Numbered from the stretch's first letter, positions 1-9,261 are shown. The stretch is DNA of 64,000 nucleotides from Ilumatobacteraceae bacterium (GCA_043740085.1 JAYUCY010000094.1:2325-66324); one strand, 5' to 3'. The notes: generated by a model from the sequence alone, not told the origin. Translations and numbers: made by a program.

Positions 1-565
1 GGTCGCGGCCATGCACCAACTGCTCGATCTGCTGGCGTGCCAGCTCGCGGCGGCGGGCAAGCTCGCCCAACACACGCTCGCGGTACGCGCGCGCTTCGTT
101 GACCATCTCGCGGCCCTGCTGCTTAGCCATCTGCAGTTCGGACTCGGCGTCAGAGCTGGCGTCCTGTCGGCGGCGAGACGACTCAATCTCGGCTTCCTCG
201 CGCAAGCGCTGGGCTTCGTCAGTGGCCTCGCGCAGGACTCGTCCAGCGCCGTCTTCGGCGCGTATTTTGATCTGCGTCGCAGCTTCACGCGCCGTGGAGA
301 GAATGCGGACGGCTTCCTCGCCCAGCATGCGCGTGACAACTTCTTCGTCGAGCGCGATTCCTGCGCTGGGCGAATTGCGCTGCGATGTCCGCAGCTCGCG
401 TTCGAGGAACTTCTCGCGCTCCTGCAGGCGAGCCAACTCGGCGGCAACCATGCGCAAGAACTCGCGCACCTCCCCCGGCTCGTACCCGCGACGGGCGCTC
501 GAAAAGTTGGCCGTCGACACAGCCGTCGGCGACGAGGGGTCGGGACGTGAGAACGAAATGGCCAT
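1..565 (-). CDS. DivIVA-domain protein (partial; C-terminus runs off the left edge)
   Basis: Absent from the ORF track because there is no stop in the window. My minus-strand translation from the ATG at 563-565 gives MAISFSRPDPSSPTAVSTANFSSARRGYEPGEVREFLRMVAAELARLQEREKFLERELR... This is the DivIVA N-terminal signature (F-x-x-x-x-RGY-x-x-x-EV-x-x-FL) followed by an E/R/A/Q-rich coiled coil. The + ORF 11..550 is its antisense shadow. Confidence 0.8.
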   Translation of the reverse strand, partial: MAISFSRPDPSSPTAVSTANFSSARRGYEPGEVREFLRMVAAELARLQEREKFLERELRTSQRNSPSAGIALDEEVVTRMLGEEAVRILSTAREAATQIKIRAEDGAGRVLREATDEAQRLREEAEIESSRRRQDASSDAESELQMAKQQGREMVNEARAYRERVLGELARRRELARQQIEQLVHGRD

Positions 566-644
566 CGGATGTAAATCGTAGGTGCGATGGCACTCGAAAG
601 GGTGGCATAGCGCCAGCGGCGCCAGGTGCACCCCCGCTGGAGGG

Positions 645-1943
645 CTAGGCGCCGGTGGCCGTCGGCGGGTTGACCGGCCGTACCGGGTCGCCGCCAATTC
701 TTTCAAGCGCCGCCAACGCTTCCTCAATAGTGGCGACAGGAATGATCTCTACCTCGTCGCCAACGACTTTTCGGGCGGCTGCAATCTTGTCGTTGTTGCC
801 TTGCTGATCCTGCGATGTGGGGACAAGGAAATACTTGACGCCCACCTGCAGCACCGCCGAGGCCTTGGAGTTGAGGCCACCGATGGCACCAACTTTTCCC
901 TCGACGTCGATCGTGCCGGTGACCGCCACTCGCTTGCCACCCATCAGATCGCCGGCGGTGAGCTCGTCGATGAGTGTCAGCGTGAACGCCAACCCGGCCG
1001 ACGGGCCACCGATGCTGTCGGTGTCGATAGCAACGTCCAGTCCATCGGGCAGCGCGACAGTGGTGGTATCGATTGGCCGGAAACCAATGATGGTGCGCGG
1101 CGGGTCCTCACCCGGCGAGAGAATCGTCTCGACTTGACCAGACATCTCCTTCCCTGCGCGCTCGAACTCGATATCAATCATCGCGCCAGGCTTCACGCCC
1201 TTCAGTGCCCCGGGCAGATCGTCAATGATGGTGACGTCCACGCCGTTGACTTTTTTCAGCACATCACCCGGGTCGAGCAGTTTGTCTGCCGGGCTGTACT
1301 GCAAGCACTCGGTGCCCGCCTCGTTGGCCTTCAGGCACAAGAGGAAGTCGATGATCACGTCGCCTGGCTTGATCTCCACCGGGTAACCAGCAGCCTTCAG
1401 CGCGACATACATCGCGTTGTCCTTCGCGCTGCGCATTTGCTGTTGGCCGGCCTGAATGAGCTGCGCCTGCGATTGGTCGCCGTACTTGTCGCGGTGGCTC
1501 TGGAACCGCGCCGCCGGGTTGTGCCGCGCAACGAACCAATCAACCATGCTGATGTTCGGTTGGGTGATGGTCACGAAATACACCTGACCGGCCGTGTCAA
1601 ATGTGGGAGCGCCGGTGATCGCCATGCGGGGCTCCACCGGCTCGGCATCCGCGGGCACCAGTGCGAACTCCATGGACTCCGAGGTCGGCTTCACACACTC
1701 CGGTGGGCTGGACGAATCGAACTCACGGCAGCGATCCTTCTCGATCAAGACCGTGCTGGGGATGAAGCTGAAGAGTACGGGAGCGGCTGCGGCAGCGATG
1801 CCCAAGGCCGCGAGCGGTATCGCCCACCGTCGGTCGCTCTTGCGCGGCGCCCTGACCGCTGGTGCGGGCTCCGGTACCATCTCTTCTTGCGTGAGTATCA
1901 CTGAAGTCACCACCGCTGCTGGCTGGATTGCCGGTCTTGCCAT
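645..1943 (-). CDS. PDZ domain-containing Lon-like (S16, YlbL/SdrC-type) membrane protease
   Basis: Track ORF 645..2369. It has an N-terminal TM (WAIPLAALGIAAAAAPVLFSF), a PDZ-like middle, and a C-terminal GGPSAGLAFTLTLIDELTAGDLMGGKRVAVTGTIDVEGKVGAIGG Lon protease motif. The first ~140 codons of the track ORF are R/P/H-rich and overlap other genes. I start at the ATG at 1943; the ATG at 1880 (MVPEPAP...) is equally possible. Confidence 0.8.
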   Translation of the reverse strand: MARPAIQPAAVVTSVILTQEEMVPEPAPAVRAPRKSDRRWAIPLAALGIAAAAAPVLFSFIPSTVLIEKDRCREFDSSSPPECVKPTSESMEFALVPADAEPVEPRMAITGAPTFDTAGQVYFVTITQPNISMVDWFVARHNPAARFQSHRDKYGDQSQAQLIQAGQQQMRSAKDNAMYVALKAAGYPVEIKPGDVIIDFLLCLKANEAGTECLQYSPADKLLDPGDVLKKVNGVDVTIIDDLPGALKGVKPGAMIDIEFERAGKEMSGQVETILSPGEDPPRTIIGFRPIDTTTVALPDGLDVAIDTDSIGGPSAGLAFTLTLIDELTAGDLMGGKRVAVTGTIDVEGKVGAIGGLNSKASAVLQVGVKYFLVPTSQDQQGNNDKIAAARKVVGDEVEIIPVATIEEALAALERIGGDPVRPVNPPTATGA

Positions 1944-2061
1944 TGTGGCCTTGATCGCGGCTGGATGGCGCAAGCCTGCCAGAGCGACGGCCGATCCGGC
2001 ACGCGCCCGACGTCCTTCTTCCGCGCCTGCAGGCGTGGAGGTGGCCGAGACCAAAGCTCCG

Positions 2062-2211
2062 ATGGCGCGCCGGTCTCCGTGGTGGCGCCGCCTGTGGTCG
2101 GTAGTGGCCGGTGGGGTGCTCGCGGTGTGGATCGGCGCCGTGCTGGCGACGATCATCGGTATCGGCACAGCCGCGCTGGTCATCACTCTCACGAACATGC
2201 TCAAGCGATGA
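2062..2211 (+). CDS. small hydrophobic protein (49 aa, one or two TM helices), hypothetical
   Basis: This is the C-terminal part of track ORF 1594..2211: MARRSPWWRRLWSVVAGGVLAVWIGAVLATIIGIGTAALVITLTNMLKR. Third-position G/C is high. The stop lies 19 nt before the ATG of the next gene. Confidence 0.35.
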   Translation: MARRSPWWRRLWSVVAGGVLAVWIGAVLATIIGIGTAALVITLTNMLKR

Positions 2212-2230
2212 CGTTCACCGAGACGCCGCG

Positions 2231-2887
2231 ATGACGACCCAGGACCATTGGCGGAACCTGGTGATCGCCGGCCATGAGGGCAACGAAACAGCTGCCCGCG
2301 CTGCGCTTGTCGAGGCAGATCCGGTCGCCAGGCAACTGGCGCTCGGGGCCTTGGCGCGTATGGACGCACTCACCGACGTCGACCTGCAATCGGCGTTCAC
2401 AGACGACACGGCAATTGTCCGTCACCGCGCGGTGACCTTGGCCGCAACTCATCGTCAGGTCTCGGTAGCAGCCATGCTTCGCGACCCGGACCCAACCGTC
2501 ATCGAAGCGGCTGCGTGGGCGGCTGGTGAGCAAGAAGACGTCGCCGACGATGTACTCGTGCTGCTCTGTGCTCTGGGCACCGACTCCGGCGACCCGCTCG
2601 TCCGTGAAGCCGCCGTCGCAGCCCTCGGTGCCATCGGCGACGAGCGCGGGCTGCCGGTGATTCTGCGCGCCTGTGCGGACAAGCCCAACATCCGCCGACG
2701 TGCCGTGCTGGCACTGGCGCCGTTCAGCGGACCGGAGGTAGACGCTGCACTCGCTGCCGCCTTGATCGACCGCGATTGGCAGGTACGCCAGGCCGCTGAG
2801 GACCTGGCACCGCATATGGATATTGAGGTTGCCAGCGACCCCGAAAATACTGAGAACTCAACCAAGTCCGGGGGACACCACGCGTAG
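2231..2887 (+). CDS. HEAT-repeat domain protein
   Basis: Track ORF 2111..2887, started at the ATG at 2231 (MTTQDHWRNL). It shows repeated helical D-P-x-V-R-x-x-A-x-x-A-L-G units (DPVARQLALGALA, DPLVREAAVAALGAIGD, NIRRRAVLALA, DWQVRQAAEDL). Confidence 0.7.
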   Translation: MTTQDHWRNLVIAGHEGNETAARAALVEADPVARQLALGALARMDALTDVDLQSAFTDDTAIVRHRAVTLAATHRQVSVAAMLRDPDPTVIEAAAWAAGEQEDVADDVLVLLCALGTDSGDPLVREAAVAALGAIGDERGLPVILRACADKPNIRRRAVLALAPFSGPEVDAALAAALIDRDWQVRQAAEDLAPHMDIEVASDPENTENSTKSGGHHA

Positions 2888-2957
2888 TTCACCACGATGG
2901 TTGAGACCCGTCCCCCGCTCACGTCGGGGGCAGGCCCGTTCCATCTGATGGAGACGA

Positions 2958-4028
2958 ATGGCACAACTCATCGAACGTCCACTGCACAGCGGGCTGCCCT
3001 ACAGTGCCCAGATGCGCCGTCTCGTGGGTTTGTTGTTTGCCGCTGCACTCGTTGCCTCGTGCAGTTCGTCCAGCGGCGCCGCCAGCGACACCAACGAAGC
3101 GAGTTCCGTCTCGACAATCGCACTAGCCATTGCTTCGGCACCCATGACCTCCGATGTCGTCGCCGAGCCCTCCACCACAGCCATCACAGAGAATACGGCG
3201 ACGGCATCATCGACCGCCGAACCCACAACAAGTAGGCCAGACGTCATCACCGGGCGGTCGTACGACGTGTTTGTTCCCTCCTCGTATAGCGCCAGCACGG
3301 CAATGCCGTTGGTCGTGTTGCTGCACGGTTTCGGCGCCACGGGCGCTATCCAAGAGGCCTACTTTCAGCTGCAGCCGCTGGCCGAGAGCCGTGGCTTTCT
3401 CTACGTGCACCCTGACGGCACGATCAACGCAATCAACAAGCGGTTCTGGAACGCGACCAACGCCTGCTGTGGTTTCGGCTCCACCGTTGACGATGTGGCG
3501 TACCTCACGGCGCTGGTGAAGGACGTGCAGAGCAGCTACAACGTTGATCCGAAACGTACCTTCTTCGTCGGCCACTCCAACGGCGGCTTTATGTCGTACC
3601 GAATGGCGTGTGACCGCGCCGACATGGTCGCTGCCATCGTCAGCCTGGCCGGCGCAACGTGGGACGACAACACGAAGTGCAACCCCTCGGAACCGGTGAG
3701 CGTGCTGCAGATCCACGGTACGGCCGACGGAACGATTGGCTTCGAGGGCGGCACACTGCTGGGCAACGATCATCCGGGAGCGCGCGAGACCGTGGCCACC
3801 TGGTCTGCCAACAACGGGTGCACGGGTTCCGCCACAGAACTGCCCACTCCGCTCGACCTCGAAGCCAACATCGCCGGCGACGAATCAATCGCCACTCAAT
3901 TCAGCGGGTGCCCCGTCGGCGGCGCGGTCGAGTTGTGGGCCATCCCTGACGCCTCGCACATTCCAGCAGTGTCGACAACGTTCGGCGCCGACATCATCGA
4001 CTTTCTGTTCGACCATCCCAAGCCGTAA
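2958..4028 (+). CDS. secreted lipoprotein, alpha/beta-hydrolase esterase (PHB-depolymerase/LpqC-like family)
   Basis: Lipobox LVASCSSS. HGFGATG oxyanion region and GHSNGGFMSYRMACD nucleophile elbow. Confidence 0.75.
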   Translation: MAQLIERPLHSGLPYSAQMRRLVGLLFAAALVASCSSSSGAASDTNEASSVSTIALAIASAPMTSDVVAEPSTTAITENTATASSTAEPTTSRPDVITGRSYDVFVPSSYSASTAMPLVVLLHGFGATGAIQEAYFQLQPLAESRGFLYVHPDGTINAINKRFWNATNACCGFGSTVDDVAYLTALVKDVQSSYNVDPKRTFFVGHSNGGFMSYRMACDRADMVAAIVSLAGATWDDNTKCNPSEPVSVLQIHGTADGTIGFEGGTLLGNDHPGARETVATWSANNGCTGSATELPTPLDLEANIAGDESIATQFSGCPVGGAVELWAIPDASHIPAVSTTFGADIIDFLFDHPKP

Positions 4029-4030
4029 TT

Positions 4031-4963
4031 GTGCGTCGAGTAGCAGCCGCTCTGGTGATCTGTGCGTTCACGATGGGTGCCTGTTCCGACGATCACGAAG
4101 CGCTGACTCGCACCACCGAGCCGACTGCCGTCGTGTCGACGTCGCACCCGGTGTCGACGCTCGAATCAGCACCTGATCCGGTGGCCGGCCGGCCCTTCGA
4201 CGTCTATCTGCCGTCCGCATACGACGGCATCACAGCGCTGCCGCTGGTGATCCTGCTGCATGGGTTCGGCGTCACCGGAGCGATGCAGGACGACTTTTTT
4301 CGTCTACGCGGCCTTGCCGAGTCCCGCCGCTACTTGATGGTGAGCCCCGACGGAACACGCAACCCCGAGGGCGCGCCCTTCTGGAACGCGACAGACGTGT
4401 GCTGCGGGTTCGGCGCAACGGTTGACGACTCCGCCTACCTGGCGGCCGTGATCCAACAAGTGCAATCGGACTACGCCGTTGATGCACAGAAGGTTTTCGT
4501 CGTCGGTTTTTCCAACGGCGGTTTCATGGCGTACCGGATGGCCTGCGACGATGCCGACCTCATTGCCGGCATCGTCAGCATCAGCGCGGCGACGTTTCTC
4601 GACACGGCGCGGTGTACGCCCACGTCACCGGTAAATGTTGTCGAAGTTCATGGCACCAACGACGAGACCATCACCTATGAGGGCGGCACGTTCGAGGGAA
4701 CCGCTCATCCCGGTGCCGAACAGACAGTTGCGGCATGGGCCGCGTACAACGGCTGTGCCATCTCACCCAAGACCACCCCTGCGGCACTCGACTTGGACCG
4801 CACACTCATCGGCAACGAGACGCGCGTCACTCGCTACCAAAACTGCCCGGCGGGCGGCGCGGTGGAACTATGGACGATTGTGGGCGGCACACACGTCCCC
4901 GAACTGTCGAGCTCATTCAGCGAACAGGTCATCGACTACCTCCTCGCCCACCCGAAACCCTGA
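4031..4963 (+). CDS. secreted lipoprotein esterase, tandem paralogue of 2958..4028
   Basis: GTG start 3 nt after the previous stop. Lipobox TMGACSDD, HGFGVTG and GFSNGGFMAYRMACD. Collinear with its neighbour along the whole catalytic domain. Confidence 0.75.
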   Translation: MRRVAAALVICAFTMGACSDDHEALTRTTEPTAVVSTSHPVSTLESAPDPVAGRPFDVYLPSAYDGITALPLVILLHGFGVTGAMQDDFFRLRGLAESRRYLMVSPDGTRNPEGAPFWNATDVCCGFGATVDDSAYLAAVIQQVQSDYAVDAQKVFVVGFSNGGFMAYRMACDDADLIAGIVSISAATFLDTARCTPTSPVNVVEVHGTNDETITYEGGTFEGTAHPGAEQTVAAWAAYNGCAISPKTTPAALDLDRTLIGNETRVTRYQNCPAGGAVELWTIVGGTHVPELSSSFSEQVIDYLLAHPKP

Positions 4964-4972
4964 ACCGAAGGG

Positions 4973-5404
4973 TCAGAGGTCGTAGCGGTAGACGTTGGTG
5001 TCGCGCTGGGTGAAGCCGATGCGCTGATACAGCCGATTCGCCGCCTCGCGCGACGGGCGACTGGTCAGGCTGACGGCCTTGACCCCGCGGGTGCGAGCCT
5101 CGGCCAACGCCGCCTGATTCAACGAGTCGCCGACACCGTGACCGCGAACGCTGCCGTCGACAACCACGTCCTCAATCCACGCCTTGAGACCCGTGGGAAT
5201 GCGGTACAGCACCAGCGTCAGGGTGCCAACAATCGCTCCGTCGAGACGGGCCAGAAACACCACCGACCCGGGGTCGGCGACCAGCAGCGCAACCTGCGCC
5301 GCGTCCGGCGGCGGCGAACTCTGCGACAACTGCGGAATGAGGTGGGCAAAGGCCTGCACCAATTCGTCGCTGGCAATGGTTGCAATCTCGATCGTGACAC
5401 TCAC
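4973..5404 (-). CDS. GNAT family N-acetyltransferase
   Basis: 143 aa. Acetyl-CoA binding motif VRGHGVGDSL followed by ANRLYQRIGF. Confidence 0.85.
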   Translation of the reverse strand: MSVTIEIATIASDELVQAFAHLIPQLSQSSPPPDAAQVALLVADPGSVVFLARLDGAIVGTLTLVLYRIPTGLKAWIEDVVVDGSVRGHGVGDSLNQAALAEARTRGVKAVSLTSRPSREAANRLYQRIGFTQRDTNVYRYDL

Positions 5405-5477
5405 GGCACTGCACGATAACGGTGTGCGGTTTGCTCAAGTGCGACTTGCGGCGCGCTGCTGCGTATGGTGCGCCCTC

Positions 5478-6374
5478 ATGGAACCAGCCCGCGCTCTCGC
5501 AGCCGCCCTCGAACCCGTCGTCGGCCAGGTGTATTTCTCCCCCGAATGCCACGCCGGCTACGCCGCGCTGGGGTTCGCTGTCAGCGTCAATCAGGCTGGT
5601 GGTGTTGCGCTGCCCGATGGGCCGGCCTACTTCACCAGTCGCGGCTCGGTGATGGGCCAGGTTCCGGGCGAAGTGGTCGCGGCCGCGTTTGCTGTGTTCA
5701 ACCCCGCTGCGGTCATCCCATCTGTGCGTTATGGCTGGACGCTCACTGACGCCGCCACCATCTGCCAGGCACGCGACGACGGCGCCATTGCACAGTTGGA
5801 ACGGCTGCTGGGCACGGCACCGGCAGGTGTCGAGCGCGCCAGCGCCATTCTCACCCGCGCCGTCGAGCCACTGCGGCCAGAAGGGCGTCCACTCTACGCG
5901 GGCGTGTGTTCGCTGCCGATGCCGGCCACTGACCTGGGCGTGGTGTGGCGTCTCGGCGACCAACTTCGCGAGTACCGCGGCGACAGCCACACGGCGGCCT
6001 GGATCAGCCTCGGAATCGATGCCACCGAGATCGGCTTGCTCAGCGAGCTGTATTGGGGACTTCCAATGCGCAGCTACAGCCGCACCCGCTCCTGGAGCGA
6101 CGAGCAGTTCGAGGCCGCACATCAACGGTTGCGGTCACGCGGGTTGGTCGACGAGATCGGTTTCACGACCGCCGGTCGCCGACTACGCGAAGAAGTCGAG
6201 ATCAACACCGACCTGCAGATGTCTGGCATCGTCAGCGGGATGGGCAGCGGTTTGCAAGAACTCGTCGACATCCTCACGCCGTGGGGCGAAGCAATCCGCG
6301 CCGGCCACGGCTACCCCGCGTCGGGTCCGCACGACCTTGCCAACCTCGCTTCCGACAGGGCCGGCGGCCACTGA
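5478..6374 (+). CDS. conserved hypothetical protein (helical, actinobacterial type)
   Basis: Track ORF 5184..6374, started at the ATG at 5478 (MEPARALAAALEPVVGQVYFSPECHAGYAALGF...). The upstream part overlaps the GNAT gene antisense. I recognise no catalytic motif. Confidence 0.6.
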   Translation: MEPARALAAALEPVVGQVYFSPECHAGYAALGFAVSVNQAGGVALPDGPAYFTSRGSVMGQVPGEVVAAAFAVFNPAAVIPSVRYGWTLTDAATICQARDDGAIAQLERLLGTAPAGVERASAILTRAVEPLRPEGRPLYAGVCSLPMPATDLGVVWRLGDQLREYRGDSHTAAWISLGIDATEIGLLSELYWGLPMRSYSRTRSWSDEQFEAAHQRLRSRGLVDEIGFTTAGRRLREEVEINTDLQMSGIVSGMGSGLQELVDILTPWGEAIRAGHGYPASGPHDLANLASDRAGGH

Positions 6375-6386
6375 TACGGTCCGCAC

Positions 6387-7487
6387 ATGATCCTGCACAC
6401 GCTCGCCGACGTCGACACCGACCAGTTTGGGGACCACACCGGTTGGCACCCCAAAGCTGAGGGCCTGTGCCAGGGCGAAGTGTGCGTGCCCGCCGCCGGC
6501 AGCCTGCGTGCCGACGGCACCGTCGACATCGAGATCGCTGCGCAGCGGCTGGGTATGCCGCTGGTCCACGACGCGGAAAACGGAGTCTGGGCACTCGGCC
6601 CGGCCACGTTGGGCGGCAAGGCACTGACCACCGCGGCCGCTGCCGATCCGCTGCTTCGGACGCACGACGGGCAGCCCTTCCGCCTGTCATCGCTGCGGGG
6701 CCGCAAGGTCCTGCTGGTCGCCTGGTCCAGTTATTGAGGCTGTCGCACCAGCCTGCCCGGGTGGCAGGCACTCCACACTGAACTCGCAGCACTTGGCCTC
6801 ACTGTCGTCACTGTCGCCCTCGACGTCGAGCCCGCACACACCACCAAATGGATCGAGGCCGCACGGCCCGCCGACCCCGCGCTGGCGCACCCAAGCCTGG
6901 TCGACACGCAGCACATCACCGATGAACTGTTTGGCTTCAGCAACATCCCGATGGCCGTGTGGATCGACGAGACCGGCACCATCGTGCGCCCCGCCGAGAG
7001 TGCCTCCATCGAGACCAGCCCGTTGCGCAGCATGGACATCCCCGAGGGTTTGCCCGAGCGAATCACGCGCATGCTCACCGAGGTGAAGAAGATCCCCGAC
7101 ATCGCGGTCAACTACCGCGCAGCCATTGTGGACTGGGCAACTCACGGCGACGCGTCGCGCTACGTCCTGTCAGCAGACGAGGTCGTTGCCCGCTCACAGC
7201 CGCGCGGCGACGATGAAGCTCGTGCTGCGGCCTGCTTCGAACTTGGTGAGCATCTGCGACGCACCGTCGGGCCGGATGCCGCCGTGGCATGGTGGCGAGA
7301 AGCACATCGCCTGTACCCAGCAAACTGGACATACAAGCGCCAAGCCTGGACGCTCGTCACCACCCCCGAAGGTGCGGACGACAACGACCTGATGCAGGGT
7401 CCCACCGACGTCTACGAAGGCAACTGGCTCGACGACGTCATCGCCTCCGGCGGCGGCGCGGCCTACATCGTCGTACCGCAGCTCTAA
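6387..7487 (+). CDS. thioredoxin-fold (TlpA/ResA-like) redox protein with in-frame UGA at 6735-6737, candidate selenoprotein (alternative: nonsense pseudogene)
   Basis: Track ORFs 6387..6737 and 6951..7487 are in the same frame (difference 564 nt). My translation of 6738-6950 has no stop: GCRTSLPGWQALHTELAALGLTVVTVALDVEPAHTTKWIEAARPADPALAHPSLVDTQHITDELFGFSNIPMAVWIDETG. The UGA sits in RGRKVLLVAWSSY-U-GCR, the position of the redox Cys motif of Trx-fold proteins. Confidence 0.6.
6751..6769 (+). promoter_or_regulatory. SECIS-like stem-loop downstream of the in-frame UGA
   Basis: GCCUGCC-CGGGU-GGCAGGC: a 7-bp G/C-rich stem and a 5-nt loop containing GGU. It starts 13 nt after the UGA. An alternative weaker hairpin is GGCUG-UCGCAC-CAGCC at 6738-6753. 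Confidence 0.45.
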
Positions 7488-7596
7488 CGACCTCACTCAC
7501 GGCGCGCTCGGCGGTGCCTGAGCGCTGGCAGTTCCTGAGCCGCGCGTGTTCGTTGTGCTCAAGTTGCATCGAGTGATGGCGATAGCGTGGCGAGCC

Positions 7597-8553
7597 ATGG
7601 AGCACGTCCGCTGGCTGGCGCAACCCTCGCTACAGCGTCCCATCGTTATTGCGGCATTTACGGGCTGGAACGATGCGGCCGATTCGGCCAGCAACAGCGT
7701 TCGACACCTTGTCGAAGCATGGCAGGCACAGCCGCTCGCCGAGATCGACCCCGAGGAGTTCACCGACTTCGCCACGGTTCGCCCACACGTACGCCTCACT
7801 GCTGAGCAACGGCGCACCATCGTCTGGCCGACAGTTGGCGCCTGGAGTGCCAGCACTCCAGGCGGCGATGTGATTTTGATCTTGGGGCCCGAGCCCGCGT
7901 TGCGCTGGCGGCTCTTCACGCAGCAGCTGATCGGAATTGCTCAGCACTTCGACGTTTCAATGGTGCTCACGCTCGGTGCGCTGTTGGCCGACGTGCCGCA
8001 CAGCCGGCCCGTGCAGCTGATCGGTACTGCCACCGAGCAAGACGTGATCGACCGTTTCGATCTGCAGCGCAGCCGCTACGAGGGCCCTACCGGCATCGTC
8101 GGCGTCGTGCAAGATGCGTGCACCCGCTCCGATATGTCATGCGCCTCGTTGTGGGCGGCGGTTCCGGCATACGCCGCGCAAGTCCCATCACCGAAGGCCT
8201 CGCTGGCTCTTGTCGAGCGCGCCTGCGAAATGATTGGAACTCCGGCACCCACGGCGCGGTTGCAGTCCGAGGCGCTCGCCTATGACGCTCGCGTTACCGC
8301 CTTCGTCTCCAACGACGCAGACCTCGTGGGCTACGTGGAACGGCTGGAGTCGCTCTCTGATAGCGGGCAGCTCGACGACGCCGATTTCGGCGAAGTCGAC
8401 GACGATGATGACGATGACGATGACGACACCGTTGGTGGCGAGCTGGAGCCTGTCGTTGATGTTGAGGTGGAAGTGAACAGCGAAGCCTTCATGGCCGATC
8501 TTGAGCGCTTCCTTCGCGACCAAGAGGGCGACGAACCGCACGGCGAGAAGTAA
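7597..8553 (+). CDS. PAC2 (proteasome assembly chaperone 2-like) family protein with poly-Asp tail region
   Basis: Track ORF 7546..8553, started at the ATG at 7597 (MEHVRWLAQPSLQRPIVIAAFTGWNDAADSAS, the typical PAC2 N-terminus). The acidic C-terminus contains DDDDDDDDD. Confidence 0.8.
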   Translation: MEHVRWLAQPSLQRPIVIAAFTGWNDAADSASNSVRHLVEAWQAQPLAEIDPEEFTDFATVRPHVRLTAEQRRTIVWPTVGAWSASTPGGDVILILGPEPALRWRLFTQQLIGIAQHFDVSMVLTLGALLADVPHSRPVQLIGTATEQDVIDRFDLQRSRYEGPTGIVGVVQDACTRSDMSCASLWAAVPAYAAQVPSPKASLALVERACEMIGTPAPTARLQSEALAYDARVTAFVSNDADLVGYVERLESLSDSGQLDDADFGEVDDDDDDDDDDTVGGELEPVVDVEVEVNSEAFMADLERFLRDQEGDEPHGEK

Positions 8554-8559
8554 CGATCG

Positions 8560-9261
8560 TCAGTCGTGCGGCCCGCGCCACACCGGGCGGCGCGGCGCCT
8601 CAAATGTAGCGGCCTGAAGGTTGCCGTCGATTGCGGCGAACGCCATCGGCCCCCACCACTCCGCCCCCACCGTTGGGTGCGGCAACTGATCACGTCGGAA
8701 CCAGCCCAGGTCGGCGGTCTCCAACGGGTGCGCCGCCAAACTGCCACCTGTGGCCCGGCAGTGAAAGAGCAGCAGGTACATCGCGAAGCGAGTGAAACCC
8801 ATTCGCTGCCCGTCAATCACGCTCAGCAGCTGCACCGGCTCGCACTCGATACCGGTCTCCTCCAGCACCTCCTTGACCACGACTTCACTGGGTGAGTAGC
8901 CGTTGTCGGCCCACCCAGTGGGGTACAGCCACACGCCACTGTCGCCCCGCTGCACCAGCAGAATCTCGCCGGCGTCGTTACCCACTACCGCACCAATTGC
9001 CACCTTGGGAGTCACGTAGCCGGGAATACCCTCGCCGACGTTCTCCATCCATTCCTGAATAAAATGGTCGGTTTCGCGTTGCACTTCCAGTGCCTCATCG
9101 GCGGCCGCCTTGATGTCGGCGGCAACGTGCAGCACCTCCTCGAACCGCTCGCGCTCATACAGGTTCTGAGAGAAGCCGAGACCGGTGCGGGCGATGCCAG
9201 CGAGCGCTTCGCTCCAGCGGGCAAGGTCGCGTGTGAAGTCCTGGGGCGTGGCGTCGCTCAC
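8560..9261 (-). CDS. NUDIX hydrolase with N-terminal helical NUDIX-associated domain
   Basis: Nudix box GWADNGYSPSEVVVKEVLEETGI. The N-terminal segment ALAGIARTGLGFSQNLYERERFEEV is typical of this subfamily. Confidence 0.85.
   Translation of the reverse strand: MSDATPQDFTRDLARWSEALAGIARTGLGFSQNLYERERFEEVLHVAADIKAAADEALEVQRETDHFIQEWMENVGEGIPGYVTPKVAIGAVVGNDAGEILLVQRGDSGVWLYPTGWADNGYSPSEVVVKEVLEETGIECEPVQLLSVIDGQRMGFTRFAMYLLLFHCRATGGSLAAHPLETADLGWFRRDQLPHPTVGAEWWGPMAFAAIDGNLQAATFEAPRRPVWRGPHD

Noticed and set aside
582-1904. 440-aa + strand ORF
   Set aside because: It is antisense to the PDZ/Lon-like protease gene. The composition is R/G/H/L-rich, which is typical of shadow frames in high-GC DNA, and it has no motif.
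6951-7487. Second half of the Trx-fold gene as a stand-alone 178-aa protein
   Set aside because: Its ATG is internal to a conserved-looking strand, and the 213 nt upstream in the same frame are open and coding-like. On its own it would lack the whole redox-centre half of the fold.
8398-8430. GAC/GAT run as a regulatory microsatellite
   Set aside because: It lies inside the PAC2 gene and simply encodes a poly-Asp acidic tail.
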